Source: Pseudomonadota bacterium (GTDB lineage: Bacteria; Pseudomonadota; Gammaproteobacteria; JAKAQQ01). From it: DNA of 64,000 nt. Every line of letters starts with the position of its first letter. Positions within the stretch are counted from its first letter, which is position 1. Below, piece by piece: positions 48,822-63,552 of the stretch. The notes below the pieces were generated by a model. That model ran no database searches, was not told the origin of the DNA, and was given only the letters and a program-made list of their open reading frames with translations. The position numbers and the translations under genes are program-made. The stretch lies in contig JAJZBR010000001.1 of NCBI GenBank assembly GCA_021798795.1, positions 3,818-67,817 of the forward strand, in the 5' to 3' direction.

Positions 48822-49787
48822 ATGTATTCACGCATCGTCTCAACCGGCCATTTCCTGCCTGAACGGATCCTGACCAATCAGGATCTCGAACGCATGGTCA
48901 ACACATCCGACGAATGGATCCAGAGCCGGACCGGCATCCGGGAACGCCATGTCGTCTCAGATGGGGAAACCAATCTCGACCTCTGTGAACAGGCGGCGCG
49001 AAGGGCACTCGAAGCGGCTGATCTCACGCCTGACGAACTGGACCTGATCCTGGTCGCCACGACCACTCCCAATCAGGTCTTCCCGAACATGGGAGTACTC
49101 CTGCAGGATCGCCTCGGTGGACATGGCTACACCTGCTTCAGCCTGGAAGCAGCATGCGCCGGGTTCATCTACGCACTGTCTGTCGCCGACAGCCTGATCC
49201 AGACCCGGCAGATCCGGCGCGCACTTGTGGTCGGCGGTGAGACGCTCTCCCGTATCACGGACTATACCGACCGGTCGACCTGCATCCTCTTTGGTGATGG
49301 TGCGGGTGCCGTGATTCTCGAAGGATCGGACAAGCCCGGCATCCTGAACATACGCACACACGCCGATGGGGCATACAAGGATCTTCTCTATTTTCCATCC
49401 GGGATCTCGCAAGGATTCGATCGGCTCCGGGAGAAGCGGGATTTCATCCATATGAAGGGCAACGAGGTTTTCCGGGTCGCCGTCAATACCCTCTGCCAGA
49501 TTGCACAGGAAACACTGGACGCCTCCGGAATCAGCCCCAGCGAGCTGTCCTGGCTCGTCCCCCATCAGGCCAATCTGCGCATCATCGAGGCTATTGCCCG
49601 CAAACTCGCACTACCGATGGAACGCGTCGTCCTCACGATCGGCGAACATGGGAATACCTCGACCGCCTCGATTCCCATGGCGCTCGATGTGGCGGTGCGG
49701 GACGGACGTATCCAGCGTGGGCAGCTCTTGCTCTTCGAAGCCTTTGGAGGTGGATTTACCTGGGGTTCCGTACTGCTCCGATTCTGA
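48822..49787 (+). CDS. fabH: 3-oxoacyl-ACP synthase III
   Basis: MYSRIVSTGHFLPERILTNQDLE..., active-site Cys in LEAACAGF, His and Asn motifs. 321 aa. Confidence 0.95.
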   Translation: MYSRIVSTGHFLPERILTNQDLERMVNTSDEWIQSRTGIRERHVVSDGETNLDLCEQAARRALEAADLTPDELDLILVATTTPNQVFPNMGVLLQDRLGGHGYTCFSLEAACAGFIYALSVADSLIQTRQIRRALVVGGETLSRITDYTDRSTCILFGDGAGAVILEGSDKPGILNIRTHADGAYKDLLYFPSGISQGFDRLREKRDFIHMKGNEVFRVAVNTLCQIAQETLDASGISPSELSWLVPHQANLRIIEAIARKLALPMERVVLTIGEHGNTSTASIPMALDVAVRDGRIQRGQLLLFEAFGGGFTWGSVLLRF

Positions 49788-50472
49788 AGACGTCCCTGCC
49801 GCCTGGCCTCCGGTGGAACCATGCACACCGGCTGTTCAGCGGACAACCTTTACAGACGGGCTCACTCTGACAGTAGCGCTGCCCGTGCAGGACAATCAGC
49901 GCATGATGCTCCTTCCGCCATTCGATGCCATCCGGGAGGGAAGGCAGGATCCGCTTCTTGAAGTCCGCTTCCTGATCCCGGCAGATACCGAGGCGCGAAT
50001 ACAGCCGCAAAGCGCTGCGATCAACCACCCACACCCTCCGGCCAAACGCATAAAGCAGGATCGCATCTGCCGTCTCGGGACCGACTCCTTCGAGCTCAAG
50101 CAGCGCCGTGCGCAGTAAAGCGGTCGGCAAGCCAGCCAGCTGTTCCCAATCCAGGGATTCATACCAACGGCTGATCGCACGGATTCTGCGAGCTTTCTGG
50201 CGGTAACAACCGGCCGATCGGAGCAAGGCCTCAAGCGCGGGGATGGGTAATCCAAGTAGCTTGCTCGGCTCGAGTCCGGTCCCGCTCCGCAGTCTGGTCA
50301 AAGCCTGTTCGACTGCGGACCATCTGGTATGTTGAACCAAGATGGCGCCAAGCAAAACCTCGAACGGGCTTGCAGCTGGCCACCAGTTCTTCTGACTGCC
50401 GAAGCGTTTCACGAGGCGGGTGTGGATCTCCCGTATCCGGTCCCCGGTTTTTAGGTGCGGCTCAGATCGCAT
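49756..50472 (-). CDS. HhH-GPD superfamily base-excision DNA glycosylase (endonuclease III-like) with a C-terminal 4-Cys cluster
   Basis: Helix-hairpin-helix ..LEGVGPETADAILLYAF.. and C-terminal C..x6..C..x2..C..x5..C (CQSEPVCKGCPLNSRC). Start at the second Met. Overlaps the fabH 3' end by about 30 nt (convergent). Confidence 0.65.
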   Translation of the reverse strand: MRSEPHLKTGDRIREIHTRLVKRFGSQKNWWPAASPFEVLLGAILVQHTRWSAVEQALTRLRSGTGLEPSKLLGLPIPALEALLRSAGCYRQKARRIRAISRWYESLDWEQLAGLPTALLRTALLELEGVGPETADAILLYAFGRRVWVVDRSALRLYSRLGICRDQEADFKKRILPSLPDGIEWRKEHHALIVLHGQRYCQSEPVCKGCPLNSRCAWFHRRPGGRDVFRIGAVRNPR

Positions 50473-51313
50473 CCGTACCCGGGGGAGGCATTGCATCCCT
50501 TCCGGATATCACGGGATGGGAAGAGAGGCTGGCGAGTGCCGCCTGGAGGGTCTCCCTGTCGAGTTCGAGTCCGTGTCCACGGTGGAGCCCACGGGGCAGC
50601 CGGAACGGACCATGCTGAATCCGGATCAGGCGGTTGACCGGATAGCCCTGGCTTTCGAATAGCCGGCGCACCAGCCGGTTGCGGCCTTCATGTACGGACA
50701 CCGCATACCAGACGTTGCGTCCCAACCCGCCTGTTTCCTCTACCCCGTCGAATGCGGCCCAGCCGTCCTCGAGCCTCACACCGTGCGTGAGCGTGTGCAG
50801 CGCGAGTGGCGTGAGCCGTCCCGAGATTCGTGCCATATAAACTCGGGGCAGCTCACTTGAAGGATGCATCAGCGTCCGGGCAAGTCCGCCATCCGTTGTG
50901 AAGACCAGCAATCCCTCGCTGTTGAAATCGAGCCTGCCCGATGCGATCCAGCGTCCCTGGCGAATGCGGGGGAGGTTTTCGAAAACGTTCGGGCGTCCCT
51001 CGGGATCATGGCGGGTGGTCAGTTCGCCTGCGCTTTTATGGTAGAGGAAGACACGCAAATCGGCGGCCTTGGGGTCGAGGCGGAGCGGTAGTCCGTCCAG
51101 ATGGAACTGGTCGCCCGGGTTGGCCCGCTCCCCCAGTACAAGAGGGCGTCCGTTCCGCGTCAGCCGTCCAGAGCGGATCCACGACTCGATCTCGCGTCTC
51201 GAGCCCAATCCGGCATCCGCCAGCGCTTTCTGGACCCGGGGTGCAGAAGACTGCGCTGCGGGCAATCCCGCGTCAGTGTCCTTCCGGGTTTTCTTCAGGG
51301 GTGGCTTCTGCAT
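50462..51313 (-). CDS. rluB: 23S rRNA pseudouridine synthase RluB (RsuA family)
   Basis: ..RVQKALADAGLGSRREIESWIRSGRLTRNGRP.. is the S4 domain, followed by an RsuA-type catalytic core (..GRLDFNSEGLLVFTTDG..). The start is ambiguous: MQKPP.. at 51313, or 51394, which would add an RPRPRLRLRLRP tract encoded by the microsatellite. Confidence 0.8.
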   Translation of the reverse strand: MQKPPLKKTRKDTDAGLPAAQSSAPRVQKALADAGLGSRREIESWIRSGRLTRNGRPLVLGERANPGDQFHLDGLPLRLDPKAADLRVFLYHKSAGELTTRHDPEGRPNVFENLPRIRQGRWIASGRLDFNSEGLLVFTTDGGLARTLMHPSSELPRVYMARISGRLTPLALHTLTHGVRLEDGWAAFDGVEETGGLGRNVWYAVSVHEGRNRLVRRLFESQGYPVNRLIRIQHGPFRLPRGLHRGHGLELDRETLQAALASLSSHPVISGRDAMPPPGTDAI

Positions 51314-51959
51314 CGGTCTCAGTCTCAGTCTCAGTCTCGGTCTCGGTCTCGTCCGTCTCGGCGGGTCCTGCGAATCCGCCTGACCTGGGTTCACCGAAGT
51401 TGAGCGGGAGTTCAGATGGAATGAGGTCGCCCACCTGCTCCAGGGGTGGCAGATCCGCCAGGCTTTTCAGGCCGAAGTAATCCAAAAACTGGCGGGTGGT
51501 CGCATAGAGCGCCGGACGCCCCGGCACTTCGCGATGCCCGACGATATGGGTCCAGCCCCGTTCCTCGAGCGTTTTGAGAATCGATGCTGCCACACTCACG
51601 CCTCGGATCTGCTCGATCTCGCCGCGAGTCACGGGTTGCCGGTAAGCCATGATCGCCAGGGTTTCGAGCAGGGCCCGCGAATAGCGCGCCGGCTTGGGAT
51701 CCCAGAGGCCATGGAGCGCACGCACGTATGCGGGTCGGATTTCGATGCGCAGACCGCTTGCCACGCGCCTGAGGCCCAACCCGCGTGATTCATACTCGCT
51801 GGCAAGCGTGCCGAGGCACGCCTCAAGCTCCTCCGCTCCGACGGAGCGTTCGAGTCCGGATTCCAGAAGGTGGATCAGTTCTCCTTCTTCAACCGGGCGG
51901 CCGGAAGCAAGCAAAGCCGCTTCGAGCAGATGTTTGATGTCGAGCGCTTCGTCATTCAT
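51273..51959 (-). CDS. scpB: Segregation and condensation protein B, with an acidic Glu-Thr repeat tail
   Basis: MNDEALDIKHLLEAALLASGRPV.. winged-helix ScpB. The C-terminus is ..ETDETETETETETETDAEATPEENPEGH. Start at the internal Met of ORF 51273..52193. Confidence 0.8.
   Translation of the reverse strand: MNDEALDIKHLLEAALLASGRPVEEGELIHLLESGLERSVGAEELEACLGTLASEYESRGLGLRRVASGLRIEIRPAYVRALHGLWDPKPARYSRALLETLAIMAYRQPVTRGEIEQIRGVSVAASILKTLEERGWTHIVGHREVPGRPALYATTRQFLDYFGLKSLADLPPLEQVGDLIPSELPLNFGEPRSGGFAGPAETDETETETETETETDAEATPEENPEGH
51315..51359. repeat. Hexanucleotide microsatellite (ggtctc/agtctc x6 plus a degenerate unit) lying in the scpB 3' end and the rluB 5' region
   Basis: Read directly: ggtctcagtctcagtctcagtctcggtctcggtctc. 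On the minus strand it encodes ETETETETETE in the scpB frame. Confidence 0.85.
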
Positions 51960-51982
51960 GAGATCGATCCTCCAACGCCGGC

Positions 51983-52816
51983 TTAAGGGGAGGGTTGCTC
52001 GTGATCCGAGCGGTGGATGTAGAGCGGGCCGAACAGAGTTGGCTGGACCAGCTCGACCAGGGACTGACGCGCCAACTCGAGCATGGCTACGAAGCTCAGG
52101 ACGATGCGGGTCGGGCGAACGTCGTTGCTGTAAAACTCCTCGAACCGGCGATAGCCGCCCGGTGTCAGCAGTTCGAGAATCGACACCATGCATTCCCGGA
52201 CTGAGAGCGAATCACGGACAATGCGGTGTTCGACGCGCCAGCGGGAACGATGAATGACCCGTGCCATCTCAAGCAGGAGATTCTCGAGGCTCACGGGCGG
52301 TGGGTCGACATGAACCCGGCGTTCATCCTCACGGGCCAGGGCCTGAGCCACCCAGTAGTCCCGCTCGAGGCGCGGGAGCGTATCGATCCGCTCGGCTGCC
52401 TGCCGGAATGTTTCGTACTCCTGCAGCTGGCGAACGAGCTCGGCCCGGGGATCGATTTCCACCTCGCCATTTTCGGGTGCGGGCTTGGGCAAAAGCATGC
52501 GGGACTTGATATCGGCCAGGATGGCGACCATGAGCAGATATTCCGCAGCGAGTTCGATCCGCATCGTCTGCATCATGTCGATGTAACGCAGGTATTGCCC
52601 GGTCACCTCCGCAATCGGGATATCGAGCACGTTGAAGTTCTGGCGGCGGATGAGATACCAGAGGAGATCGAGCGGTCCCTCGAAGGATTCGAGAACGAGT
52701 TCCAGGGCATCGGGTGGTATGTAGAGATCCTGGGGCAACTCGAGCCAAGGCTCGCCGTTCACCGTCGCAAGCGGGAGATCGGGTTGGCTGGGCTGTCGCT
52801 TGAGTAAGGTGGTCAT
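51983..52816 (-). CDS. scpA: Segregation and condensation protein A (kleisin)
   Basis: ..FEGPLDLLWYLIRRQNFNVLDIPIAEVT.. is an ScpA N-terminal signature. Follows trpS and precedes scpB. Confidence 0.8.
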   Translation of the reverse strand: MTTLLKRQPSQPDLPLATVNGEPWLELPQDLYIPPDALELVLESFEGPLDLLWYLIRRQNFNVLDIPIAEVTGQYLRYIDMMQTMRIELAAEYLLMVAILADIKSRMLLPKPAPENGEVEIDPRAELVRQLQEYETFRQAAERIDTLPRLERDYWVAQALAREDERRVHVDPPPVSLENLLLEMARVIHRSRWRVEHRIVRDSLSVRECMVSILELLTPGGYRRFEEFYSNDVRPTRIVLSFVAMLELARQSLVELVQPTLFGPLYIHRSDHEQPSP

Positions 52817-54036
52817 GAAGGGTGGGCCAGTCCCAGGGCATCGCGTACCTCCTCCAGGGTCGCCCGGGCTTCGAGACGCGCCCGTTCGCTTCCGCTTGCG
52901 AGCACCTCTCGCACCGTATCCGGATGCGCCTGAAGAGCGTCGAACCGATCCCAGATTGGCGCCAGTTCGGTCAGCATGTGCCCCAGCAGACGATTCTTGC
53001 AATCCAGACAGCCGATTCCTGCCGAGCGGCAACCGGCCTCGACCCACTGCCGGGTGTCAGCGGTGGAAAACGCCTCATGGTATTTCCAGACCGGGCAGCG
53101 GCTGGGCTCGCCGGGATCGGTTCGACGCACCCGTGCCGGGTCGGTCGCCATGGTCTGGATTTTCCGTGTCACGACATCGCGACGGTCGCGTAACGCAATC
53201 GCGTTGTCGTAGGACTTGGACATCTTGCGGCCATCCGTACCCGGTAGACGCGATGACCGGGTGAGAAGCGGAGTGGGTTCTGGAAGAATGGCTCGCCCAC
53301 TACCGCGCGCCTCCGCGAGGAGCACCACCTGCTCCTCGGAAGTCAAGCGGGGATCCTGGGACAGCGTGCGCTCGATGCGGCTCCAAAGCTCCTGGTCGCC
53401 GGATTCGCGATACTGCTTCGCCCACTCGGTGAGACGGCGGGTTTCCTTGGGGCCGAGGCGCGCTCGTCCGGATGCGAGATGTTCATCGAATGACCCGCCA
53501 CGGCCATATAGGAAATTGAACCGGCGCGCAATTTCTCGAGTGACTTCAAGATGGGCCACCTGATCCTGCCCAACCGGTACTCCCCGTGCGCGATAGACCA
53601 GTACATCGGCGCTCATGAGCACCGGATAGCCCAGAAATCCGTAGGTATCAAGCTCCCGATCCCTGAGCTCCTGCTGTTGTTCCTTGTAGGTCGGGACCCG
53701 CTCGAGCCATCCGAGCGGAGTCAACATGGACAGGAGCAGATGGAGCTCCGCATGTTCCGGAACCCAGGATTGCACGAAAAGGGTCGCCTGCTCCGGATCC
53801 ACGCCCACAGCCAGCCACTCCGTGACCAGCTCGAACGTATTCGTGTCGAGTTCCCGCGGATCCTGATAGTGCGTCGTCAGGGCATGCCAGTCAGCTGCAA
53901 AAAAATAGCATTCATGCTGTTTTTGGAGTTCGATCCAGTTTTTGAGCACCCCCTCCCAGTGACCGAGATGCAGCGGTCCGGTCGGGCGCATTCCGGAGAC
54001 GATGCGCGGGAGCGGATTTACCCTGGCTCTGCTCAT
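52813..54036 (-). CDS. trpS: Tryptophan--tRNA ligase (long form, 407 aa)
   Basis: Class I HIGH-type motif (TGPLHLGHW) and KMSKS (KMSKS present). TrpS family blocks. Confidence 0.9.
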   Translation of the reverse strand: MSRARVNPLPRIVSGMRPTGPLHLGHWEGVLKNWIELQKQHECYFFAADWHALTTHYQDPRELDTNTFELVTEWLAVGVDPEQATLFVQSWVPEHAELHLLLSMLTPLGWLERVPTYKEQQQELRDRELDTYGFLGYPVLMSADVLVYRARGVPVGQDQVAHLEVTREIARRFNFLYGRGGSFDEHLASGRARLGPKETRRLTEWAKQYRESGDQELWSRIERTLSQDPRLTSEEQVVLLAEARGSGRAILPEPTPLLTRSSRLPGTDGRKMSKSYDNAIALRDRRDVVTRKIQTMATDPARVRRTDPGEPSRCPVWKYHEAFSTADTRQWVEAGCRSAGIGCLDCKNRLLGHMLTELAPIWDRFDALQAHPDTVREVLASGSERARLEARATLEEVRDALGLAHPS

Positions 54037-54728
54037 AGCCGCAGAAGTTCCAGGGTCTGGTTCAAAACCGGCAGCGGGACGCCAGTCCCGTTCAGGAAAA
54101 TGTTAAGGGCGCCAAACAGAAGCGGTCCCATCAGCATGAAAAATACGTTGGTCACAAGAAGCACAAGCAGGATCACGAACCCGTAGGGCTCGACCCGTGC
54201 AAACACGCGTGCCCATTGCACGGGCAGTATGCCGGTGAGCACGCGCCCGCCATCGAGCGGAGGCAGCGGGAAAAGATTGAAGATCATGAGCAGGATATTG
54301 ATATAGATACCCGCGATTCCCATCAGAATCAGAAACTGACCGATGGGTGTTCCGGCAAAGAACAGGCGTCCGATCTGGGACAGGATGAGCCAGCCTGTTG
54401 CCATGAGCAGATTCGCAAAGGGTCCGGCAAGGGCGACATAGGCCATGTCGCGTCTCGGATGCTTGAAGTTCTGGGGTGTGATGGGAACCGGTTTGGCCCA
54501 CCCGAAGATGAAATGGAACGGCAGAATGATGCAGGCGAGCGGCACGAGAATCGTTCCGATTGGATCGATGTGGCGGATCGGATTGAGTTTGAGTCGCCCG
54601 AGCATCTCGGCGGTTCGGTCACCGAACTGGCGGGCAGCATAGCCATGGGCAACTTCATGGAGCGTGATGGCAAAAAGCCCGGGTACGGCCCAGATGGCGA
54701 TGAGCTGAATGAGATTGAGATGTGGCAT
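54033..54728 (-). CDS. M50-family (site-2 protease-like) membrane Zn metalloprotease
   Basis: HEVAHG (HExxH) in the first TM region. Polytopic. ..NLFPLPPLDGG.. is the LDG motif. Confidence 0.75.
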   Translation of the reverse strand: MPHLNLIQLIAIWAVPGLFAITLHEVAHGYAARQFGDRTAEMLGRLKLNPIRHIDPIGTILVPLACIILPFHFIFGWAKPVPITPQNFKHPRRDMAYVALAGPFANLLMATGWLILSQIGRLFFAGTPIGQFLILMGIAGIYINILLMIFNLFPLPPLDGGRVLTGILPVQWARVFARVEPYGFVILLVLLVTNVFFMLMGPLLFGALNIFLNGTGVPLPVLNQTLELLRL

Positions 54729-54845
54729 AGTCCTGCATTATAGGGGGTCGCGAGATTCGCTGGGGCCGGGACAAGATGAGGTCCGGTCAGATTCATGGGA
54801 CCAAGATGCGCTATCATATGACTTTGGTCTTGGACACCTCAGGCT

Positions 54846-55163
54846 ATGTGGTTTGCCTTCTGGGCCGAGGATCGCCCTGGCAGGAGCGCCGAGCGGATCC
54901 GGTGGCGCACGGATCATCTTTCCCGGCTGAGTGCCCTTCTTCAGGAAGGACGCTTGCTTTTTGCCGGACCGCTTTTGGCATGGACCACTCCGGAGCCCCG
55001 ACCGGAATCCTCTGTTGGAAGTCTCATCGTCGCGGATTTCGAAACCGAGGAGCAAGCACAACAGTGGATCCAGGAAGATCCTTATCAGCGCGCGGGTATC
55101 TTTCAGAGTATCCGTGTGCACCCTTATGTCGTGACGTACCCACCTGCCGGGAACGGATCATGA
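54846..55163 (+). CDS. YciI-like protein
   Basis: About 105 aa with a YciI-like pattern (..HLSRLSALLQEGRLLFAGPLL...GSLIVADFETEEQAQQWIQEDPY..). Confidence 0.6.
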   Translation: MWFAFWAEDRPGRSAERIRWRTDHLSRLSALLQEGRLLFAGPLLAWTTPEPRPESSVGSLIVADFETEEQAQQWIQEDPYQRAGIFQSIRVHPYVVTYPPAGNGS

Positions 55164-55468
55164 GTGCCCCATCGACAAGCGATTGGGACGGGCTTTGCGA
55201 GCATCTCAGACGTTCGTTCCCGGGAAGCTCGGTCGAGCTGACCGATGAAACGAACCGCCACCGGAGTCATGGCGGCCACCCACACGGATTCCACAACCTG
55301 GGACTCCAGATCGTATCACCCGCATTTTCCCATATGCCGCTGATCGAGCGCCACCGGCGTATCTACCAGGCACTGGGACCGCTTGTAAACTGGCGTGTAC
55401 ACGCACTCCAGATCGAAGCCGCAGCGCCGGGCGAATCCACGCTTCATTCTCTCCGTCCTCCAACCTAA
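55160..55468 (+). CDS. bolA: BolA-family protein
   Basis: ..TDETNRHRSHGG.. is a BolA signature (HxxHxG). About 102 aa. ATGA overlap with the upstream yciI-like gene. Confidence 0.75.
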   Translation: MSAPSTSDWDGLCEHLRRSFPGSSVELTDETNRHRSHGGHPHGFHNLGLQIVSPAFSHMPLIERHRRIYQALGPLVNWRVHALQIEAAAPGESTLHSLRPPT

Positions 55469-55484
55469 CCCCAAGAGGCCTCCT

Positions 55485-56408
55485 ATGCGTCATCCGATTC
55501 TCTATCCCGCCCTGCTGGGTCTAAGCAGTTTGCTTCTCCTCGGAGCCTGCAGCCACCCCGCAAAAAACGGGACCCATCCCTCAGCCAACCAGGCCGTCGC
55601 CATCGTGAATGGCCATCCGATCCGTCGGGGACTCCTGGATACGTTTCTGGGAGCGCACGGCGGCAAGACTCCCCATCTCGCACCGGCCATCCAGCATCTG
55701 GCCCTCCAGCGTCTGATCGACATCCAAATCCTGGCGGCCAAGGGACGTCAGGCTGGATTGCTCCATGAAACCAGCGCTCGCGACACGCTGCGTCTCCAGC
55801 GTGAGGTCCTCCTTGCCAACCTTGAAATCCGTCATTACTTGAAAACCCACCCGGTGACAAAATCGGATCTTGAGCAGGCTTATCAAAAAACCGTCGGGAA
55901 CATGGGCCACCACGAATACAAAGTGCGCCACATCCTGGTCAAACAACGGGCCCTGGCCGCACGCCTGATCGCCGAACTCGAACACGGCGCTCATTTCTCG
56001 GTTCTGGCCAAAAAGTATTCCCTCGACACAAGCGCCGATCGGGGTGGCGAGCTCGGCTGGATCAGCGCTGCCCAGGTGACACCTTCCTTCGCGAAGGCCG
56101 TCCGAGGGCTCAAGGTCGGCCAGTTCACCCGCATGCCGGTCCATACCCAGTTTGGCTGGCACGTCATCGAGCTTCAGGCGAAACGCAATCTCACACCGCC
56201 GAGCTTTGCACAGATGCATGACCGGCTCCTCGACATCCTCCGGAACAAAGAGGTCACCGGATTCATCACGCACCTGCGCGGTGTGGCCAAGGTCAAAATC
56301 CTGCTGCCCAAGGTACCTCCGGAAATGAATGCTCCGGGCACAGGCCCCCATTCTGGCATGCCGCCCGTGCCCACACCGCCGCACCCGGTAGCGCCGCCGC
56401 ACCCGTAA
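55485..56408 (+). CDS. PpiC-type (parvulin) peptidyl-prolyl cis-trans isomerase lipoprotein with a Pro-rich C-terminal tail
   Basis: Lipobox LLLLGAC. Parvulin domain (..YKVRHILVKQR..GGELGWISAAQVTPSFAKA..). C-terminus ..MPPVPTPPHPVAPPHP. Confidence 0.75.
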   Translation: MRHPILYPALLGLSSLLLLGACSHPAKNGTHPSANQAVAIVNGHPIRRGLLDTFLGAHGGKTPHLAPAIQHLALQRLIDIQILAAKGRQAGLLHETSARDTLRLQREVLLANLEIRHYLKTHPVTKSDLEQAYQKTVGNMGHHEYKVRHILVKQRALAARLIAELEHGAHFSVLAKKYSLDTSADRGGELGWISAAQVTPSFAKAVRGLKVGQFTRMPVHTQFGWHVIELQAKRNLTPPSFAQMHDRLLDILRNKEVTGFITHLRGVAKVKILLPKVPPEMNAPGTGPHSGMPPVPTPPHPVAPPHP

Positions 56409-56727
56409 GTGCGGGCATATCTCTAGCCTGATGGCTCTCCCTGCCCCCGTCAGCCTCATCCGGGCTGGCGGGGGCAGGCGGCTTGCTCCATCCGATCCTA
56501 GGGATCTCATCCTGTCTCTCCTGGAAGGGTTTTTGGAACGATTCCGTACCGCTCGGGTTCCGCCTTCTCACCCAGGCTGGGTCGTTTGTGAGACTCTGGT
56601 TTGTGATCCGGGTTTCCACCCCTGAGAGGGGTTCGGATTATCGCGGCACCGAGAGCGCAGGTTCTCCTCATCACCCGAGCGTCAGGTCATGCTCCCCCAA
56701 CCAGCGACACTCGGCAGAATCGAACGA

Positions 56728-62305
<5,578 letters not shown>

Positions 62306-62376
62306 GCGTTCTGGCAACCGCCCCAAAGACGTTCTAGTGTAAAGTATTTGCGTACCTGACAGGCATTCGCGCTCAT

Positions 62377-62787
62377 ATGCCCAGCAGTCCCACGCGATCC
62401 CTCGCAACCTTTCCCAACCCGGAACCGGGCCGGGACTACGAGATCCGGATGGAGATTCCGGAGTTCACCTGTCTCTGCCCTCTGACTGCCCAGCCGGATT
62501 TTGCTCACCTCGACCTGAGCTATATCCCGGCTCAACTTTGCCTCGAACTCAAGGCACTCAAACTCTACTTCTGGTCTTACCGGGATGTGGGAGCTTTTCA
62601 CGAAGCCGTCACGAATCAAATTCTAACCGACCTCGTCAGCTCTTGCGCGCCCCGATTCATGCGGCTTTCTGCCCGTTTCAACATTCGGGGGGGGATTCGG
62701 ACCATGATCGTCGCTGAACACCGCGCAGCGGGATGGTCTGGGGTAACCCCGCAGGTGAATGACCCCACCTGGAGCGCCAACCGCTAG
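62377..62787 (+). CDS. queF: NADPH-dependent 7-cyano-7-deazaguanine reductase (unimodular type)
   Basis: [17 protein letters not shown] with the catalytic Cys. QueF motif. Confidence 0.9.
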   Translation: MPSSPTRSLATFPNPEPGRDYEIRMEIPEFTCLCPLTAQPDFAHLDLSYIPAQLCLELKALKLYFWSYRDVGAFHEAVTNQILTDLVSSCAPRFMRLSARFNIRGGIRTMIVAEHRAAGWSGVTPQVNDPTWSANR

Positions 62788-62941
62788 CCTGTTCCAAGGA
62801 TCGAGGTGCCCAAGGCTCTTCCCGGCATGGGTTCCAGCTATCATGGGATGGGTGCGTTTGGGTATAATGACCGTTTGTATACGCGATAGCGTATCTCTAG
62901 TGAATCGGCCCAACCAATCGGATGGAGCGGAATCTACTGTC

Positions 62942-63511
62942 ATGCCCAAACGTACAAAACCCGAACGTGCCTCGCCTTCCAAAGCCGCGCCTGGACGGAA
63001 AAAAAGCCGTCTCAGGCCTGTTTCCGGATCTGGCCCCAAGCAGCCGCGCAGCCCGACTCCGGGTGAGCAGCCAAGCGCAGGTGCCACATTCCTGAGCACT
63101 CTCGGAGAGGGAATCGCGCCCTACCCGATCCGGGAAAACGAACCGTACATGAATCCGGCCCAAAAGGAGCATTTCCATCGGATTCTTCTGGCCTGGAAAA
63201 AGGATCTCATGGAGGAAGCGGATCGCACCGTGCATCACATGCAGGATGAGGCGATGAACTTCCCCGATCCCAACGACCGAGCCACCCAGGAATCCGAGTT
63301 CAGCCTAGAACTTAGGACGCGGGACCGTGAACGCAAACTCATTCGCAAGATTGACGAGGCGCTCCTGCACCTCGAAACAGATGAGTACGGGTTCTGCGAC
63401 CATTGCGGAATCGAGATCGGGATCAGGCGCCTGGAAGCACGCCCGACTGCAACCCAATGCATCGACTGCAAAACCATCGAAGAAATCAGGGAAAAACAGC
63501 TCAACGGCTGA
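62942..63511 (+). CDS. dksA: RNA polymerase-binding transcription factor DksA, with a basic N-terminal extension
   Basis: ..HMQDEAMNFPDPNDRATQESEFSLELRTRDRERKLIRKIDEAL.. coiled-coil tip (DxxDxA). C4 Zn finger CDHCGIEIGIRRLEARPTATQCIDCK. Start chosen at MPKRTKP within ORF 62759..63511. Confidence 0.85.
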   Translation: MPKRTKPERASPSKAAPGRKKSRLRPVSGSGPKQPRSPTPGEQPSAGATFLSTLGEGIAPYPIRENEPYMNPAQKEHFHRILLAWKKDLMEEADRTVHHMQDEAMNFPDPNDRATQESEFSLELRTRDRERKLIRKIDEALLHLETDEYGFCDHCGIEIGIRRLEARPTATQCIDCKTIEEIREKQLNG

Positions 63512-63552
63512 TACGGATGCGGACCGATCCGAAGTGATTCAAACCGGATCCG

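Noticed and set aside
51313-51394. Calling RluB from the upstream Met at 51394 (310 aa) with an N-terminal RPRPRLRLRLRP tract.
   Set aside because: Conserved RluB sequence begins at ..RVQKALADAGLGSRREIE.. (cf. E. coli [21 protein letters not shown]). The shorter start at 51313 is sufficient and minimises overlap with scpB. The longer form cannot be excluded, so it is reported only as an ambiguity.
56409-56727. Checked this gap and other intergenic regions for tmRNA, RNase P RNA, 6S RNA, and tRNA-like sequences.
   Set aside because: No characteristic 5' ends (GGGGCUGAUUCUGGAUUCGACGGG for tmRNA; GAAGCUGACCAG for RNase P), no CCA-ending acceptor stems, and no cloverleaf-compatible segments were recognised.
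62306-62376. Possible preQ1-I riboswitch upstream of queF, because of a GUUCUAG heptamer shared with the preQ1-I consensus.
   Set aside because: No P1 stem and no A-rich 3' tail (AAAAAACUA) could be found. The gap is also the divergent smc/queF promoter region. The similarity is probably a chance heptamer.
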